The notes: generated by a model not told the origin, from the letters alone. A DNA stretch of 56,688 nt from an uncultured Rhodobacteraceae bacterium (GCA_937944395.1 CALDYW010000031.1:1-56688); one strand, 5' to 3'; counted from the first letter of the stretch, positions 19,671-30,525 are shown. Made by a program: numbers and translations.

Positions 19671-20501
19671 ATGGCGGTGTCGTTGATGGCCGGCAGGCGC
19701 GGGCTGATCATGGGGCTTGCGAACGACAAGTCGATCGCCTGGGGCATCGCGCGGGTTCTGCACGAGGCCGGGGCGGAACTGGCCGTCTCCTACCAGGGCG
19801 AGGCCTTCCGCAAGCGCGTGGAGCCGCTCTGTGCCGGGATCGGGGTGCGCGAGCTGATCGAATGCGACGTCGCCGATCCGGCCTCGCTCGACCGGCTGTT
19901 CGACCGGCTGGCCGCGGTCTGGGGGCGGCTCGACTTCGTGGTTCACGCCATCGCCTATTCCGACAAGGACCAACTCCGCGACCGCTACATCGACACCAGC
20001 CCCGAGAACTTCCGCCGCACGATGGAGATCTCGGTCTATTCCTTCACCGCGGTCGCGCGGCGCGCGGAACCGCTGATGTCCGGCGGGGGGGCGCTTCTGA
20101 CGCTCAGCTACTACGGCGCCGAGAAGGTGATGCCGCACTACAACGTCATGGGCGTGGCGAAGGCCGCGCTCGAGGCCTCGGTGCGCTATCTCGCCGAGGA
20201 TCTCGGCCCCGGCGGCATCCGGGTGAACGCGATCAGCGCCGGGCCGATCAAGACGCTGGCGGCCAGCGGCATCGGCGATTTCCGCTACATCCTGAAGTGG
20301 AACGAACTGAACTCGCCGCTGCGCCGCAACGTCACCCAGGAAGAGGTGGGGCGCTCGGCGCTCTATCTTCTGTCGGACCTCGGCAGCGGCGTGACCGGCG
20401 AGATCCTGCACGTCGATGCCGGCTATCACGCGATCGGCATGAAGGCGGTGGATGCGCCCGATATCGACGTGGTCACCGGGCGGAAGGAGGCGGCGCAATG
20501 A
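19671..20501 (+). CDS. fabI: enoyl-ACP reductase (NADH), FabI
   Basis: [37 protein letters not shown]...[29 protein letters not shown]...[18 protein letters not shown]. Confidence 0.95.
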   Translation: MAVSLMAGRRGLIMGLANDKSIAWGIARVLHEAGAELAVSYQGEAFRKRVEPLCAGIGVRELIECDVADPASLDRLFDRLAAVWGRLDFVVHAIAYSDKDQLRDRYIDTSPENFRRTMEISVYSFTAVARRAEPLMSGGGALLTLSYYGAEKVMPHYNVMGVAKAALEASVRYLAEDLGPGGIRVNAISAGPIKTLAASGIGDFRYILKWNELNSPLRRNVTQEEVGRSALYLLSDLGSGVTGEILHVDAGYHAIGMKAVDAPDIDVVTGRKEAAQ

Positions 20502-21004
20502 AGGATCGGCTGCCGCACGAGAAGGGATTCCACGTCAGCTGGGACCAGATCCACCGCGATGCCCGGGCGCTGGCCTGGCGGCTGGACGGGCAGGGGCCCG
20601 ACGGCGGCGCCTGGCGGGCGGTGGTGGCGGTGACCCGCGGCGGCATGGCGCCGGCGATGATCGTCAGCCGCGAACTCGACATCCGCACCGTCGATACCAT
20701 CAGCGTCAAGAGCTACGACCACCAGACCCAGACCCCGCCGCGGCTGATCAAGCCGCCGCAGGCCGCGGTGATGGGCGAGGACGGCACCGGGGTGCTGATC
20801 GTCGATGACCTCGTCGATACCGGCAAGACCCTGGAACTGGTGCGCGGCCTCTACCCGCGGGCGCATTTCGCCACCGTCTATGCCAAGCCCGGGGGACGTT
20901 CCATGGTGGACACCTACATCACCGAGGTCAGCCAGGACACCTGGATCTTCTTTCCCTGGGACATGGCGCTGCAATACGTCGAACCCTTCCGCGGCCGCGA
21001 CTGA
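20498..21004 (+). CDS. gpt: xanthine-guanine phosphoribosyltransferase
   Basis: [29 protein letters not shown]...[15 protein letters not shown]...FFPWD. ATGA overlap with the fabI stop; GGAAGGAGG upstream. Confidence 0.9.
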   Translation: MKDRLPHEKGFHVSWDQIHRDARALAWRLDGQGPDGGAWRAVVAVTRGGMAPAMIVSRELDIRTVDTISVKSYDHQTQTPPRLIKPPQAAVMGEDGTGVLIVDDLVDTGKTLELVRGLYPRAHFATVYAKPGGRSMVDTYITEVSQDTWIFFPWDMALQYVEPFRGRD

Positions 21005-21043
21005 GCGGCGGGGCCCGCGGCGGTGGCGACGCAAGGCCCCCGC

Positions 21044-21088
21044 GGTCGAGGGTCCGGCGGTCGAGGGTCCGGCGGTCGAGGGTCCGGT
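21044..21088. repeat. 15-bp tandem repeat x3 (ggtcgagggtccggc)
   Basis: Three consecutive units at 21044-21058, 21059-21073 and 21074-21088. The only difference is the last base. The location is intergenic, between gpt and the aminotransferase gene. Confidence 0.9.
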
Positions 21089-21225
21089 CGGGCGCCGGCG
21101 GGAGGGCGGCGCCCGGGGCACGGAGCCCGGAGGCGGGGCAGGGGGCGGGGCCGGGGGCGCGGCCTCGGCGCCGGCGGCGACGGGGGGCAGTTGCGGCCGT
21201 GCCGGCGGATGCGGAGGAGGGAGCG

Positions 21226-22404
21226 GTGCGGGCAGGCGTGAACCCGGCGATGGCGGCGACCGAGCCGCCCCCGGTGATGGAGGCGCGGCGCTGGATCGCG
21301 GGGCGCGAGTTCCCGCCCGACCGGCCGCTGCTGAACCTCAGCCAGGCCGCACCGGTCGATCCGCCGCCCGAGGGCCTGCGGCAGGCGATGGCCGAGGCGA
21401 TCCTGACCGATCCGGCCGCGCATCTCTACGGGCCGGTCCTCGGCCTGCCGGCGCTGCGCGAGGAACTGGCGGCGCGCTGGACCCTGGCCTACGGCGGCGC
21501 CATCGCGCCGGCGCAGGTTGCCATCACCTCGGGCTGCAACCAGGCCTTCGCCGCGGCGGTGGCGACGCTCGCCGGGGCGGGCGACGAGGTGATCCTGCCG
21601 GTTCCATGGTATTTCAACCATGCCATGTGGCTGACGATGAACGGAATCCGGGCGGTGCCGCTGCCTGTCGGCCCCGGCCTGATCCCCGATCCCGAGGCGG
21701 CGGCAGCGCGGGTCGGGCCGCGCACCCGGGCGATCGCGCTGGTCAGCCCGAACAACCCGGGCGGGGTGGAATACCCCGCCGAGGTGGTCGCCGCCTTCCA
21801 CGAGCTCGCCCGGGCGCGCGGGCTCGCGCTGATCCTGGACGAGACCTACCGCGACTTCGACAGCCGCCCGGGCGCCCCGCACGGGCTGTTCGCCGACCCC
21901 GACTGGGACGACACGCTGATCCACCTCTATTCCTTCTCCAAGGCCTACCGGCTGACCGGGCACCGGGTGGGGGCGATGGTGGCTTCGGCCGCGCGCCTGG
22001 CCGAGGTCGAGAAGTTCCTCGACACGGTGACGATCTGCCCCGCGCAGCCGGGCCAGATCGGGGCGCTCTGGGGGATGCGCAACCTCGACCAGTGGCTGGC
22101 GGGCGAACGGGCCGAGATCCTCGCCCGCCGGGCGGCGATGGCGGCCGGTTTCGCCGCGCTTCCGGGCTGGCGCCTGCTCGGCATCGGGGCCTATTTCGCC
22201 TATGCCGCGCAGGACTTCGGGATCGCCTCGCCGGTGCTCGCGCGGCAGCTGGTCGCGGAGCAGTCGCTCCTGGTCCTGCCGGGAACGATGTTCCGCCCTG
22301 CGGACGATGCGGCGGGCGCGGCCGAAGTCCGGATCGCCTTCGCCAATGCCGACCGCGACGGCATCGCAGAGCTGTTCCGCCGGCTGGCGGCCTTCCGTCC
22401 CTGA
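21226..22404 (+). CDS. class I/II pyridoxal-phosphate-dependent aminotransferase
   Basis: ...PPVMEARRWI...LLNLSQAAPVDPPPEGL...YGPVLGLPALREELA...ITSGCNQAF...LVSPNNPGG...YSFSKAYRLTGHRVG.... The start is uncertain: in-frame GTG 21199, GTG 21226 (after GGAGGAGGGAG), ATG 21250. Confidence 0.85.
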   Translation: MRAGVNPAMAATEPPPVMEARRWIAGREFPPDRPLLNLSQAAPVDPPPEGLRQAMAEAILTDPAAHLYGPVLGLPALREELAARWTLAYGGAIAPAQVAITSGCNQAFAAAVATLAGAGDEVILPVPWYFNHAMWLTMNGIRAVPLPVGPGLIPDPEAAAARVGPRTRAIALVSPNNPGGVEYPAEVVAAFHELARARGLALILDETYRDFDSRPGAPHGLFADPDWDDTLIHLYSFSKAYRLTGHRVGAMVASAARLAEVEKFLDTVTICPAQPGQIGALWGMRNLDQWLAGERAEILARRAAMAAGFAALPGWRLLGIGAYFAYAAQDFGIASPVLARQLVAEQSLLVLPGTMFRPADDAAGAAEVRIAFANADRDGIAELFRRLAAFRP

Positions 22405-22464
22405 AGGCTTGCCGATGCGCGCGGCCGGGCTTAGGGAGAAGCGCCTGAGGATGGCGGAGGGGGC

Positions 22465-24315
22465 ATGGCGGGCGCGGGCAGCAGGATCGCGAACCTCGGC
22501 GTCTGGGTGATCCTGGCGCTGCTGGTCGTGGGTCTCGCCGGTTTCGGCATCGGCAGCTTCGGTGGCGGGGTCCGGTCGATCGGGTCGGTCGGCACCACCG
22601 ACATTTCGGTGGATGACTACGCGCGCGCGCTTCAGAACGAGCTGCGGGCCCGCGCCAGGGCAACCGGCCAGTCGGTGCCGCTGGCCTCGCCCGAGGGGCA
22701 GGCGCTGGCGGCGGCCGTGCGCCGGCAGGTGATCGGCACCGCCGCGCTCGACGGCGAGGCGGCGCGGCTCGGGCTGTCGGTGGGCGATGCGACGGTGCGC
22801 GATGCGGTGCTGTCGGTCCCGGCCTTCCAGGGGTTCGACGGCAGCTTCGACCGTGCCGCCTATGCCGAGACCCTGCGCCAGAACGGCCTGAGCGAGGCCG
22901 CCTTCGAGGAGGCGGTCCGCCGCGAGTCCGCGCGCACGCTCCTCGGCATCGCCGTCGCCGGCGGGGTGAGCGCGCCGGCGACCTTCGCCGCGACGCTGAC
23001 CGCCTATCTCGGCGAGCGGCGCGACCTGCTCTGGCTGAAGCTCGATGCCTCGGCGCTCGATGCGCCGCTGCCCGACCCCGACGCAGAGGCGGCGCGGGCG
23101 TTCTACGAGGCGAACCCGGAGGCCTTCACCGAACCCGAGAAGAAGCGCATCGCCTATCTCTGGCTCTCGCCCGAGATGATGATCGACGCGGTGACGGTGG
23201 ACGAGGCGGCCCTGCGCGCGCGCTACGAAGAGCGCGCGGCCGACTACAACCGCCCCGAGCGGCGCCTTGTCGAACGGCTGGTGTTCCCCGACCGCGCGGC
23301 GGCCGAGGCGGCGCGGGCCGCGCTCGATGCCGGCACCGGGGCGAGCTTCGAGAGCCTCGTGACCGGCCGCGGCCTGACGCTGGCCGACGTGGACCTCGGC
23401 GACGTGACCGAGGCCGATCTGGGCCGCGGGGGCGCCGCCGTCTTCGCGCTGGCGGAGCCGGGGGTGACCGGGGTCGTGGACACCGACCTCGGACCGGCGC
23501 TGTTCCGGGTGAATGCGATCCTTCCGGCGGAGAACAGGCCCTTCGAGGAGGCGCGTGACGAGCTTCGCGCCGAGGTCGCGCTCGACCGCGCGCGCCGGGC
23601 GGTGGCCGGGGAGCGCGAGGCGATCGACGACCTGCTGGCAGGGGGCGCGACGCTCGAGGAGATTGCGGCCGACACGCCCGCCGTGTTCGGCACGCTCGAC
23701 TTCGTCGAGGGCATGGACGAGGGGATCGCCGCCTATGCCGCGTTCCGCGAGGCTGCCGCCGCGCTGACCGAGGCGGACTTCCCGGCGCTCGGCGAGCTCG
23801 AGGACGGCGGGCTGTTCGCGATCGACCTCATCGCGGTGATGCCGCCGGCGCTGCTGCCGTTCGAGGCGGTCGCCGAGCGCGCGGCCCAGCTCGCCCGGCG
23901 GGCGGCCGAGACCGAGGCGCTGATCGCCCTTGCCGCCACGCTGAAGGCGCGCCGCGAGGCGGGCGAGAGCTGGGAGGCGATCGGCTTCGAGCCGCAGCGA
24001 CACGAGGGGCTTGCGCGCGAAAGCTACGTGGACGGCGCGCCCGAGGGCCTGCTGGCGACGGCCTTCCGGATGGCTCCGGGCGCGGTCGAGATCCTGCCCG
24101 GCGAGGGGTCGGTCAGCCTGATCGAGCTCGAGCGCATCCTGCCCGCCGATGCCGATGCCGCCGATTCGCTGTTCCTGCGTGCCGCAATCGGACAGGCCGC
24201 GGCGCAGGGGGTCGCGCAGGATCTGTTGGACCTCTTCACCGCGGCGATCGAGGCCGAGGCGGGGATCCGCCTGAACGAGGCCGCGATCGCCGCGGTCCAC
24301 GCGCAGTTTCCCTGA
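22465..24315 (+). CDS. ppiD: periplasmic chaperone / peptidyl-prolyl isomerase D-like (SurA N-terminal domain protein)
   Basis: N-terminal TM anchor (GVWVILALLVVGLAGFGI), then the SurA-N-like region ...VDDYARALQNEL...RQVIGTAALDGEAARLGLSVGD.... 616 aa, located immediately upstream of trpE. Confidence 0.7.
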   Translation: MAGAGSRIANLGVWVILALLVVGLAGFGIGSFGGGVRSIGSVGTTDISVDDYARALQNELRARARATGQSVPLASPEGQALAAAVRRQVIGTAALDGEAARLGLSVGDATVRDAVLSVPAFQGFDGSFDRAAYAETLRQNGLSEAAFEEAVRRESARTLLGIAVAGGVSAPATFAATLTAYLGERRDLLWLKLDASALDAPLPDPDAEAARAFYEANPEAFTEPEKKRIAYLWLSPEMMIDAVTVDEAALRARYEERAADYNRPERRLVERLVFPDRAAAEAARAALDAGTGASFESLVTGRGLTLADVDLGDVTEADLGRGGAAVFALAEPGVTGVVDTDLGPALFRVNAILPAENRPFEEARDELRAEVALDRARRAVAGEREAIDDLLAGGATLEEIAADTPAVFGTLDFVEGMDEGIAAYAAFREAAAALTEADFPALGELEDGGLFAIDLIAVMPPALLPFEAVAERAAQLARRAAETEALIALAATLKARREAGESWEAIGFEPQRHEGLARESYVDGAPEGLLATAFRMAPGAVEILPGEGSVSLIELERILPADADAADSLFLRAAIGQAAAQGVAQDLLDLFTAAIEAEAGIRLNEAAIAAVHAQFP

Positions 24316-24327
24316 GGCGTGCGGGGC

Positions 24328-25836
24328 ATGGCCCTCCTGCCGGACTTCGCGGCCTTCGAGGCCGGTTACGCGGCGGGGCGCAACCAGCTGGTCTGGACGC
24401 GCCTGGCCGCCGACCTCGACACGCCGGTGTCGCTGATGCTGAAGCTCGCCGGCGGGCGGGCGATGAGCTTCATGCTGGAAAGCGTGACCGGCGGCGAGGT
24501 GCGGGGCCGCTATTCGGTGGTCGGCCTCAAGCCCGACCTGATCTGGCAATGCCGCGGCACGACGAGCCGGATCAACCGCGAGGCGCGCTTCGATCCGGCG
24601 GCCTTCCGCGACCTGCCGGGCAGTCCGCTCGACACGCTGCGCGCGCTGATCGCGGAAAGCCGGATCGACATGCCCGAGGATCTTCCGGCGATCGCTGCGG
24701 GGCTCTTCGGCTTCCTCGGCTACGACATGATCCGGCTGGTCGAGCATCTGCCCGACATGCCGCCCGACCGGCTGGGCCTGCCGGATGCGGTGCTGATGCG
24801 TCCCTCGGTCGTCGCGGTGCTCGACGGGGTGAAGGGCGAGGTGACGGTGGTCGCGCCGGCCTGGGCGGGTTCGGGCCTGTCGCCCCGCGCCGCCTATGCC
24901 CAGGCGGCCGAACGGGTGATGGATGCGGTCCGCGACCTCGAGCGGCCGGTGGCGGTCGAGCGGGGGCTCGGCGCGGCCGCCGAGGTCGGGCCCGCGGTCT
25001 CGAACTTCACCCGCGAGGCCTACATCGCCGCCGTCGAGAAGGCCAAGGCCTACATCCGCGCCGGCGACATCTTCCAGGTGGTCCCGAGCCAGCGCTGGAG
25101 CCAGACGTTCCGGCTGCCGCCCTTCGCGCTTTACCGCAGCCTGCGGCGGACCAATCCCTCGCCGTTCATGTTCTACTTCAACTTCGGCGACTACCAGATC
25201 GTGGGAGCCAGTCCCGAGATCCTCGTCCGCCTGCGCGGCGGCGAGGTGACGATCCGCCCGATCGCCGGCACCCGGCCGCGCGGCCGCACGCCCGAGGAGG
25301 ATCGGGCGCTGGAGGCCGAGCTGATCGCCGATCCCAAGGAACGCGCCGAGCATCTGATGCTGCTCGACCTGGGGCGCAACGACGTGGGCCGGGTCGCGCG
25401 GATCGGCACGGTGCGGCCGACCGAGAGCTTCGCGATCGAGCGCTACAGCCATGTGATGCACATCGTCTCGAACGTGGTGGGGGAGCTCGCGCCGGGCGAG
25501 GATGCGCTGTCGGCGCTGCTGGCGGGGCTGCCGGCGGGCACGGTCTCGGGGGCGCCGAAGGTGCGCGCGATGGAGATCATCGACGAGCTCGAGCCCGAGA
25601 AGCGCGGCATCTACGGCGGCGGCGTCGGCTATTTCGCCGCGAACGGCGAGATGGACATGTGCATCGCGCTGAGGACCGCGGTGGTGAAGGACGGGATGCT
25701 GCACATCCAGGCCGGCGGCGGCGTGGTGCATGACAGCGACCCCGAGGCGGAATGGCAGGAGACCGTCAACAAGGCCCGCGCGATCCGCGCCGCGGCCGAG
25801 GACGCCGGGCGGTTCGCCGGCGGAACGACCGGCTAG
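24328..25836 (+). CDS. trpE: anthranilate synthase component I
   Basis: ...LESV...RYS..., IFQVVPSQRW, NPSPFMFYFNFGDYQIVGASPE, GTRPRG, LLDLGRNDVGRV, GAPKVRAMEIIDELE...RGIYGG. Confidence 0.95.
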   Translation: MALLPDFAAFEAGYAAGRNQLVWTRLAADLDTPVSLMLKLAGGRAMSFMLESVTGGEVRGRYSVVGLKPDLIWQCRGTTSRINREARFDPAAFRDLPGSPLDTLRALIAESRIDMPEDLPAIAAGLFGFLGYDMIRLVEHLPDMPPDRLGLPDAVLMRPSVVAVLDGVKGEVTVVAPAWAGSGLSPRAAYAQAAERVMDAVRDLERPVAVERGLGAAAEVGPAVSNFTREAYIAAVEKAKAYIRAGDIFQVVPSQRWSQTFRLPPFALYRSLRRTNPSPFMFYFNFGDYQIVGASPEILVRLRGGEVTIRPIAGTRPRGRTPEEDRALEAELIADPKERAEHLMLLDLGRNDVGRVARIGTVRPTESFAIERYSHVMHIVSNVVGELAPGEDALSALLAGLPAGTVSGAPKVRAMEIIDELEPEKRGIYGGGVGYFAANGEMDMCIALRTAVVKDGMLHIQAGGGVVHDSDPEAEWQETVNKARAIRAAAEDAGRFAGGTTG

Positions 25837-26186
25837 CGCAGCCGGGGGCGCTGCCCCCGTCGCCCGTTCCGGGCGACTCCCCCGGGATATTTGCGGACCG
25901 GACATGGGGGGGAGCCCGCGGCGCGACGGACGGGCGAGGCCGCTGCGGGCCGGGGCGCGCCGGGGCCGGTGAGGGGGCGCGGGGGCGGGGGCTGCCGGTC
26001 CGGCCACCCTCTCTGCGGGATGCGGGCGGTCGGCCGGCCGGCGGAGGGCCCGTGGCGCGGGTAAGCGGCGCCGGGCCCGCGACGGGCCCGCGACGGGCCG
26101 TTCCCCGGGCCGGAGGGGAGCGCAGGGGGGCGGCGAAGGTGCCGCGGCGGCTCGGGCTGCGGGGTTCGGGCGCCGGTCGCCCCGGA

Positions 26187-27164
26187 TCAGCCGGCGGCGA
26201 TCCGGTCGGCCTTCTCGACCAGCACCTGGGCCTGGCGGATCGAGGCGTAGTCGATCAGCCGACCGTCGAGCGAGACCGCGCCCTTGCCCTGACGCTCGGC
26301 CTCGGCCATCGCCTCGAGGATCCGGCGGGCGCGGGTGACCTCGGCCTCGGAGGGGCTCATCACCGCGTTCGCGAGCGCGATCTGGCTGGGGTGGATCGCC
26401 CATTTGCCCTCGCAGCCCAGCACCGCGGCGCGGCGGGCGGCCGCCTCGAAGCCCTCGGGGTCGGAGAAGTCGCCGAAGGGACCGTCCAGCGGTCGCAGCC
26501 CGTTCGCCCGCGCCGCGACGACCATGCGCGCGAGCGCGTAGTGCCACATGTCGCCCCAGTGACGCTCGCGCCGGCCGTCCTCGAGCGGATCGGTCAGCAC
26601 GGCGTAGTCGCGATTGACGCCGCCGATCTGGGTGGTGCGGGCGCGCGTCGAGGCGGCATAGTCGGCGACGCCGAAGTGAAGCGATTCGTTGCGCCTCGAG
26701 GCGGCGGCGATGGCCTCGACGTTCTGCATGCCGAGCGCGGTCTCGATGATCAGCTCGAAGCCGAGGCGCTTGCGGCGGCCCATCGCGGTCTCGGCCTGGG
26801 TCACCAGCATGTCCACCGCATAGACGTCGGCCGCGGTGCCGACCTTCGGGATCATGATCAGGTCGATCCGCTCCGACCCCTGTTCGATCAGGTCCACCAC
26901 GTCGCGGTACATGTAGTGGGTGTCGAGCCCGTTGATGCGGACCGAGAGCGTCTTGCCGCCCCAGTCGATGTCGTGGCTGGCCGCGATGATGTTCCGGCGC
27001 GCCTGCACCTTCTCGTCGGGGGCGACGGCATCCTCGAGGTCGAGGAACACGACGTCGGCGGCCGAGGCGGCCGCCTTCTCGAACATCTGCGGCTGGCTGC
27101 CCGGCACCGCCAGTTCGCTGCGGTTGAGGCGGGCGGGCGCGGGTTCGACGGTGTAGAAGCTCAT
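26187..27164 (-). CDS. mcl: L-malyl-CoA / beta-methylmalyl-CoA lyase (serine-cycle MclA type)
   Basis: MSFYTVEPAPARLNRSELAVPGS...VVFLDLEDAVAPDEK...INGLDTHYMYRDVVD...FGVADYAASTRAR...GGVNRDYAVLTD...GPFGDFSDPEGF...GKWAIHPSQI. This closely matches my memory of Methylorubrum MclA. Confidence 0.85.
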   Translation of the reverse strand: MSFYTVEPAPARLNRSELAVPGSQPQMFEKAAASAADVVFLDLEDAVAPDEKVQARRNIIAASHDIDWGGKTLSVRINGLDTHYMYRDVVDLIEQGSERIDLIMIPKVGTAADVYAVDMLVTQAETAMGRRKRLGFELIIETALGMQNVEAIAAASRRNESLHFGVADYAASTRARTTQIGGVNRDYAVLTDPLEDGRRERHWGDMWHYALARMVVAARANGLRPLDGPFGDFSDPEGFEAAARRAAVLGCEGKWAIHPSQIALANAVMSPSEAEVTRARRILEAMAEAERQGKGAVSLDGRLIDYASIRQAQVLVEKADRIAAG

Positions 27165-27250
27165 CTGCCGGGATCCTTGCAGGGAGGGCCCGCGGCCCGG
27201 GCACGGCCCGGGGCGCGGATGTGAAGTCGGTCGGGACGGGGCGCCGCCGG

Positions 27251-28141
27251 TCAGGCGGCGCGGGCGAGCGTCTCGGCCACGGTGGTGCCGATCGCGGCGG
27301 GGGTGGGCGAGATCGACACGCCCACCTCGCGCAGGATCTCGACCTTCTCGGAGGCGCTTTCGCCGAAGGCCGAGATGATCGCCCCCGCATGGCCCATCCG
27401 CCGGCCCTTCGGGGCCGAGAGCCCGGCGACATAGGCGATCACGGGCTTGGTCATGTGGTCGCGGATGTATTCGGCCGCCTCGGCCTCCTGCGGCCCGCCG
27501 ATCTCGCCGATCATCACCACCGCATGGGTGTCGGGGTCGGCCTCGAACAGCTCGAGGATGTCGCGGAAGGACGAGCCGTTGATCGGGTCGCCGCCGATGC
27601 CGACGCTGGTGGAGACGCCGAGTCCGAGTTCCTTCATCTGCGCCGCGGCCTCGTAGCCGAGCGTGCCCGAGCGGCCGACGATGCCGATGTGGCCGGGCAG
27701 GTAGATGTGGGCGGGCATGATGCCCATCATCGCCTTGCCCGGCGAGATCACCCCGGCGCAGTTCGGGCCGATCAGGCGCATCCGGTTCTCGGCGCGGTAG
27801 CGGCGCATGTAGCGCTTGACCCGGATCATGTCCTGCGCGGGGATCCCGTCGGTGATGGCGACGCAGAGGCGGATGCCGGCATCCGCCGCCTCCATGATCG
27901 AATCCGCCGCGAAGGGGGGCGGGACGAAGATGATCGAGGCATTGGCGTCGGTCGCGGCCACGGCTTCCTTCATCGTGTCGAACACCGGGAGTCCCTCGGC
28001 CTCGGTGCCGCCCTTGCCGGGGGTGACGCCGCCGACGACCGTGGTGCCGTTGGCCAGCATGTCGCGGGTGTGGAAGGCGCCGATCCGTCCGGTGATGCCC
28101 TGGACGAGGACGCGCGTGCTGCGGTCGAGAAGGATGCTCAT
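27251..28141 (-). CDS. mtkB: malate--CoA ligase (malate thiokinase) alpha subunit, SucD-like
   Basis: [28 protein letters not shown]...[20 protein letters not shown]...[19 protein letters not shown]...[17 protein letters not shown]...[17 protein letters not shown]. The RVKRY..RRY segment is remembered as MtkB-specific. ATGA overlap with the mtkA stop. Confidence 0.8.
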   Translation of the reverse strand: MSILLDRSTRVLVQGITGRIGAFHTRDMLANGTTVVGGVTPGKGGTEAEGLPVFDTMKEAVAATDANASIIFVPPPFAADSIMEAADAGIRLCVAITDGIPAQDMIRVKRYMRRYRAENRMRLIGPNCAGVISPGKAMMGIMPAHIYLPGHIGIVGRSGTLGYEAAAQMKELGLGVSTSVGIGGDPINGSSFRDILELFEADPDTHAVVMIGEIGGPQEAEAAEYIRDHMTKPVIAYVAGLSAPKGRRMGHAGAIISAFGESASEKVEILREVGVSISPTPAAIGTTVAETLARAA

Positions 28142-29337
28142 GCGTTCACCGCCTTCTGGGATCTGTGGCTGCGGTCGTTCTTCCACGCGGTCACCGCCCG
28201 CTCGGCCGCTTCCGCGAGCGTGCTCGCGCGGATGATCGGCAGGCCCGAGCGGGCGAGGATGCGCCGGCCCTCCTCGACGTTGGTGCCGGCGAGGCGGACC
28301 ACCACGGGCACGTCCACCGGGGTCTTCTCGAGCGCCTGCACCACGCCCTCGGCGACCCAGTCGCAGCGGTTGATGCCGGCGAAGATGTTGACGAGGATCG
28401 CCTCGACATTCGCATCGGAGGTCACCAGGCGGAACGCCTTGGCGACCCGCTCGGGCGTCGCGCCGCCGCCGATGTCGAGGAAGTTCGCGGGCTCGCCGCC
28501 GGCGAGCTTGATCATGTCCATCGTCGCCATCGCGAGGCCCGCGCCGTTGACGATGCAGCCGATGTTGCCCTCGAGGCCGACGTAGCTGAGGCCGCGGTCG
28601 GCGGCGCGGGTCTCGCGCGGGTCCTCCTGGCTCTTGTCGCGCAGCTCCGCCAGTTGCGGGCGGCGGAACAGGGCGTTGTCGTCGAAGGTCATCTTGGCGT
28701 CGAGGGCGAGCAGGTGGCCCTCCTCGGTGACGATCAGCGGATTGACCTCGACCATGGTGGCATCGAGATCCTCGAACGCGCGGTAGCAGCCGAGGATCGC
28801 CTGGACGGCCTCGGGGACGATCGCGGCATCGAGGCCGAGCGCGAAGGCGATCTCGCGCGCCTGGAAGGCCTGCATGCCGACCGCCGGCTCGACGCTGACG
28901 CGGATGATCGAGCCCGGATGGGTCTCGGCGATCTCCTCGATCTCCATGCCGCCCTCGGCCGAGGCGACCACCATCACCCGCTCGGATTTCCGGTCGAGCA
29001 CGAAGCCGAGGTAGAGTTCGCGCGCGATGTGCTGGCCGCCCTCGACGTAGATGCGGCTGACCAGGCGGCCGGAGGGGCCGGTCTGGCCGGTGACGAGGCG
29101 CTGGCCGAGAAGCGCGTCGGCGGCTTCATAGACCTCGTCCTCGGTGCGGCAGATCCGGATGCCGCCGGCCTTGCCCCGTCCGCCGGAATGGATCTGCGCC
29201 TTCACCACCCAGACATGCCCGCCGATCTCGCGGGTGCGGTAGGCGGCCTGTTCGGGGCTGTAGGCCAGCGCCCCGCGCGGTACCGGCACGCCGAAGCGCG
29301 CCAGGATCTCCTTGGCCTGGTATTCGTGGATGTCCAT
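28138..29337 (-). CDS. mtkA: malate--CoA ligase (malate thiokinase) beta subunit, SucC-like
   Basis: [22 protein letters not shown]...[20 protein letters not shown]...[18 protein letters not shown]...[30 protein letters not shown]...[20 protein letters not shown]. Confidence 0.8.
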   Translation of the reverse strand: MDIHEYQAKEILARFGVPVPRGALAYSPEQAAYRTREIGGHVWVVKAQIHSGGRGKAGGIRICRTEDEVYEAADALLGQRLVTGQTGPSGRLVSRIYVEGGQHIARELYLGFVLDRKSERVMVVASAEGGMEIEEIAETHPGSIIRVSVEPAVGMQAFQAREIAFALGLDAAIVPEAVQAILGCYRAFEDLDATMVEVNPLIVTEEGHLLALDAKMTFDDNALFRRPQLAELRDKSQEDPRETRAADRGLSYVGLEGNIGCIVNGAGLAMATMDMIKLAGGEPANFLDIGGGATPERVAKAFRLVTSDANVEAILVNIFAGINRCDWVAEGVVQALEKTPVDVPVVVRLAGTNVEEGRRILARSGLPIIRASTLAEAAERAVTAWKNDRSHRSQKAVNA

Positions 29338-29533
29338 CGCCGTCCTCCCATGCCTCGCCGGTGCGGGCGTTCTGCCCTGCCTCGCGCGGCGAGTCGGCCG
29401 AAGGTTATAGGGGGAAGGGCGGACAGGGCGAAACCTGCGCCGTGCTGGCCTTTCGGCATCCGATGGGGTAGGTATTTTCCTGTCCTTTGGTTCTGATCTG
29501 CGGTAACGCTGCCGCAGCTGGCCATACTTCAGG

Positions 29534-30160
29534 GTGGGAAATCCGGTGCCGTACGACGTGATCCTGGGTGACGCGAACCCGCTGATGCTCGCCGCTCTGT
29601 CCGAGATCTTCGACCGCGACCCGCGATTCTCGCTGGTCGCGACGGCGCGTCAGGGCGAGGGGTTCCTCGAGGCCTGCCGTCGCGCGCCGGTGCGCGTGGC
29701 GGTGTCGGACTGGGGACTGCCGGGACTGTCGGGCGATGAATTGCTGGCGCGCCTGCGCGACCGCGAGGACGCGCCGCGCGTGGTGATCTACGCCGCCTCG
29801 CCCGACCCCGACCTGCCGCGGCGGACGATGGCCGCGGGCGCGGCCGGATTCATGACCCGGGACACCGCACCCGAGCAACTTCTGGACGTGGCGGCCGCGG
29901 TTGCCGAAGGGCGCATGGTGTTCCCCTTTCTCGACGTGCGCGCCCTGGCGCAGGATCCGCGCGAGGTGCTGACCGCGCGCGAGAAGGCGATCCTGGCGGC
30001 GCTGGCGCGCGGCCGGACGAACGCGGAACTGGCCGAAGAGTTCGGCGTCTCGGTCAACACGGTGAAGTTCCACCTGCGCAACCTCTACGACAAGCTCGGC
30101 CTGAAGAACCGCGCACAGGCGATCGCCTTCCACTACGCGCGGGCGGCGCGGACCGGCTGA
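29534..30160 (+). CDS. LuxR/FixJ (NarL)-family response regulator, orphan
   Basis: A receiver-like N-terminus ([17 protein letters not shown]) plus a C-terminal LuxR HTH ([44 protein letters not shown]). An alternative in-frame GTG lies at 29546. Divergent from mtkA. Confidence 0.85.
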   Translation: MGNPVPYDVILGDANPLMLAALSEIFDRDPRFSLVATARQGEGFLEACRRAPVRVAVSDWGLPGLSGDELLARLRDREDAPRVVIYAASPDPDLPRRTMAAGAAGFMTRDTAPEQLLDVAAAVAEGRMVFPFLDVRALAQDPREVLTAREKAILAALARGRTNAELAEEFGVSVNTVKFHLRNLYDKLGLKNRAQAIAFHYARAARTG

Positions 30161-30525
30161 CCGGGCGCCGGGGCGGGCAGCGCGGCCGCGGGCGGGCGCC
30201 GGGGCTCGGTCGTCGCGGTTCGGGATGGCCGGGTTCCGGGCGCGCCTCTCCCGCCCGCGGACCAGCCCGCCCGGGGTCTCGGTGCCGACCGCGCGCAGCC
30301 GCGCCGGACACTTCGGTGAAGGGGCGGGCTTCGGGGAAGGACAGGGCGTCGTCGTCCGGGTGGAACCGGCGGTCGCGGTTCCGGTCGCAGGACGGCAGGC
30401 GCGCGCCGGGCTGCCGACCGAACGGCCCGACCCCGAAGCTGCGGCCGAGGGTCGTGCCGAAGACATGCTCGGGCAGGAACGGGTGTAACCCCGCCCCCGG
30501 CCGTGTGGCGCCGGCCTCCCCCGTC

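Noticed and set aside
24316-24327. trp leader or attenuator upstream of trpE.
   Set aside because: Only 12 nt separate the ppiD stop from the trpE ATG, so there is no room for a leader peptide or terminator. trpE appears to be co-transcribed with ppiD.
27251-29337. Annotating the SucC/SucD-like pair as succinyl-CoA synthetase (sucCD).
   Set aside because: There is no mdh or sucAB context. The pair is directly linked to a malyl-CoA lyase. Subfamily-specific segments, remembered from MtkA and MtkB, favour malate thiokinase. This still needs a phylogeny to confirm.
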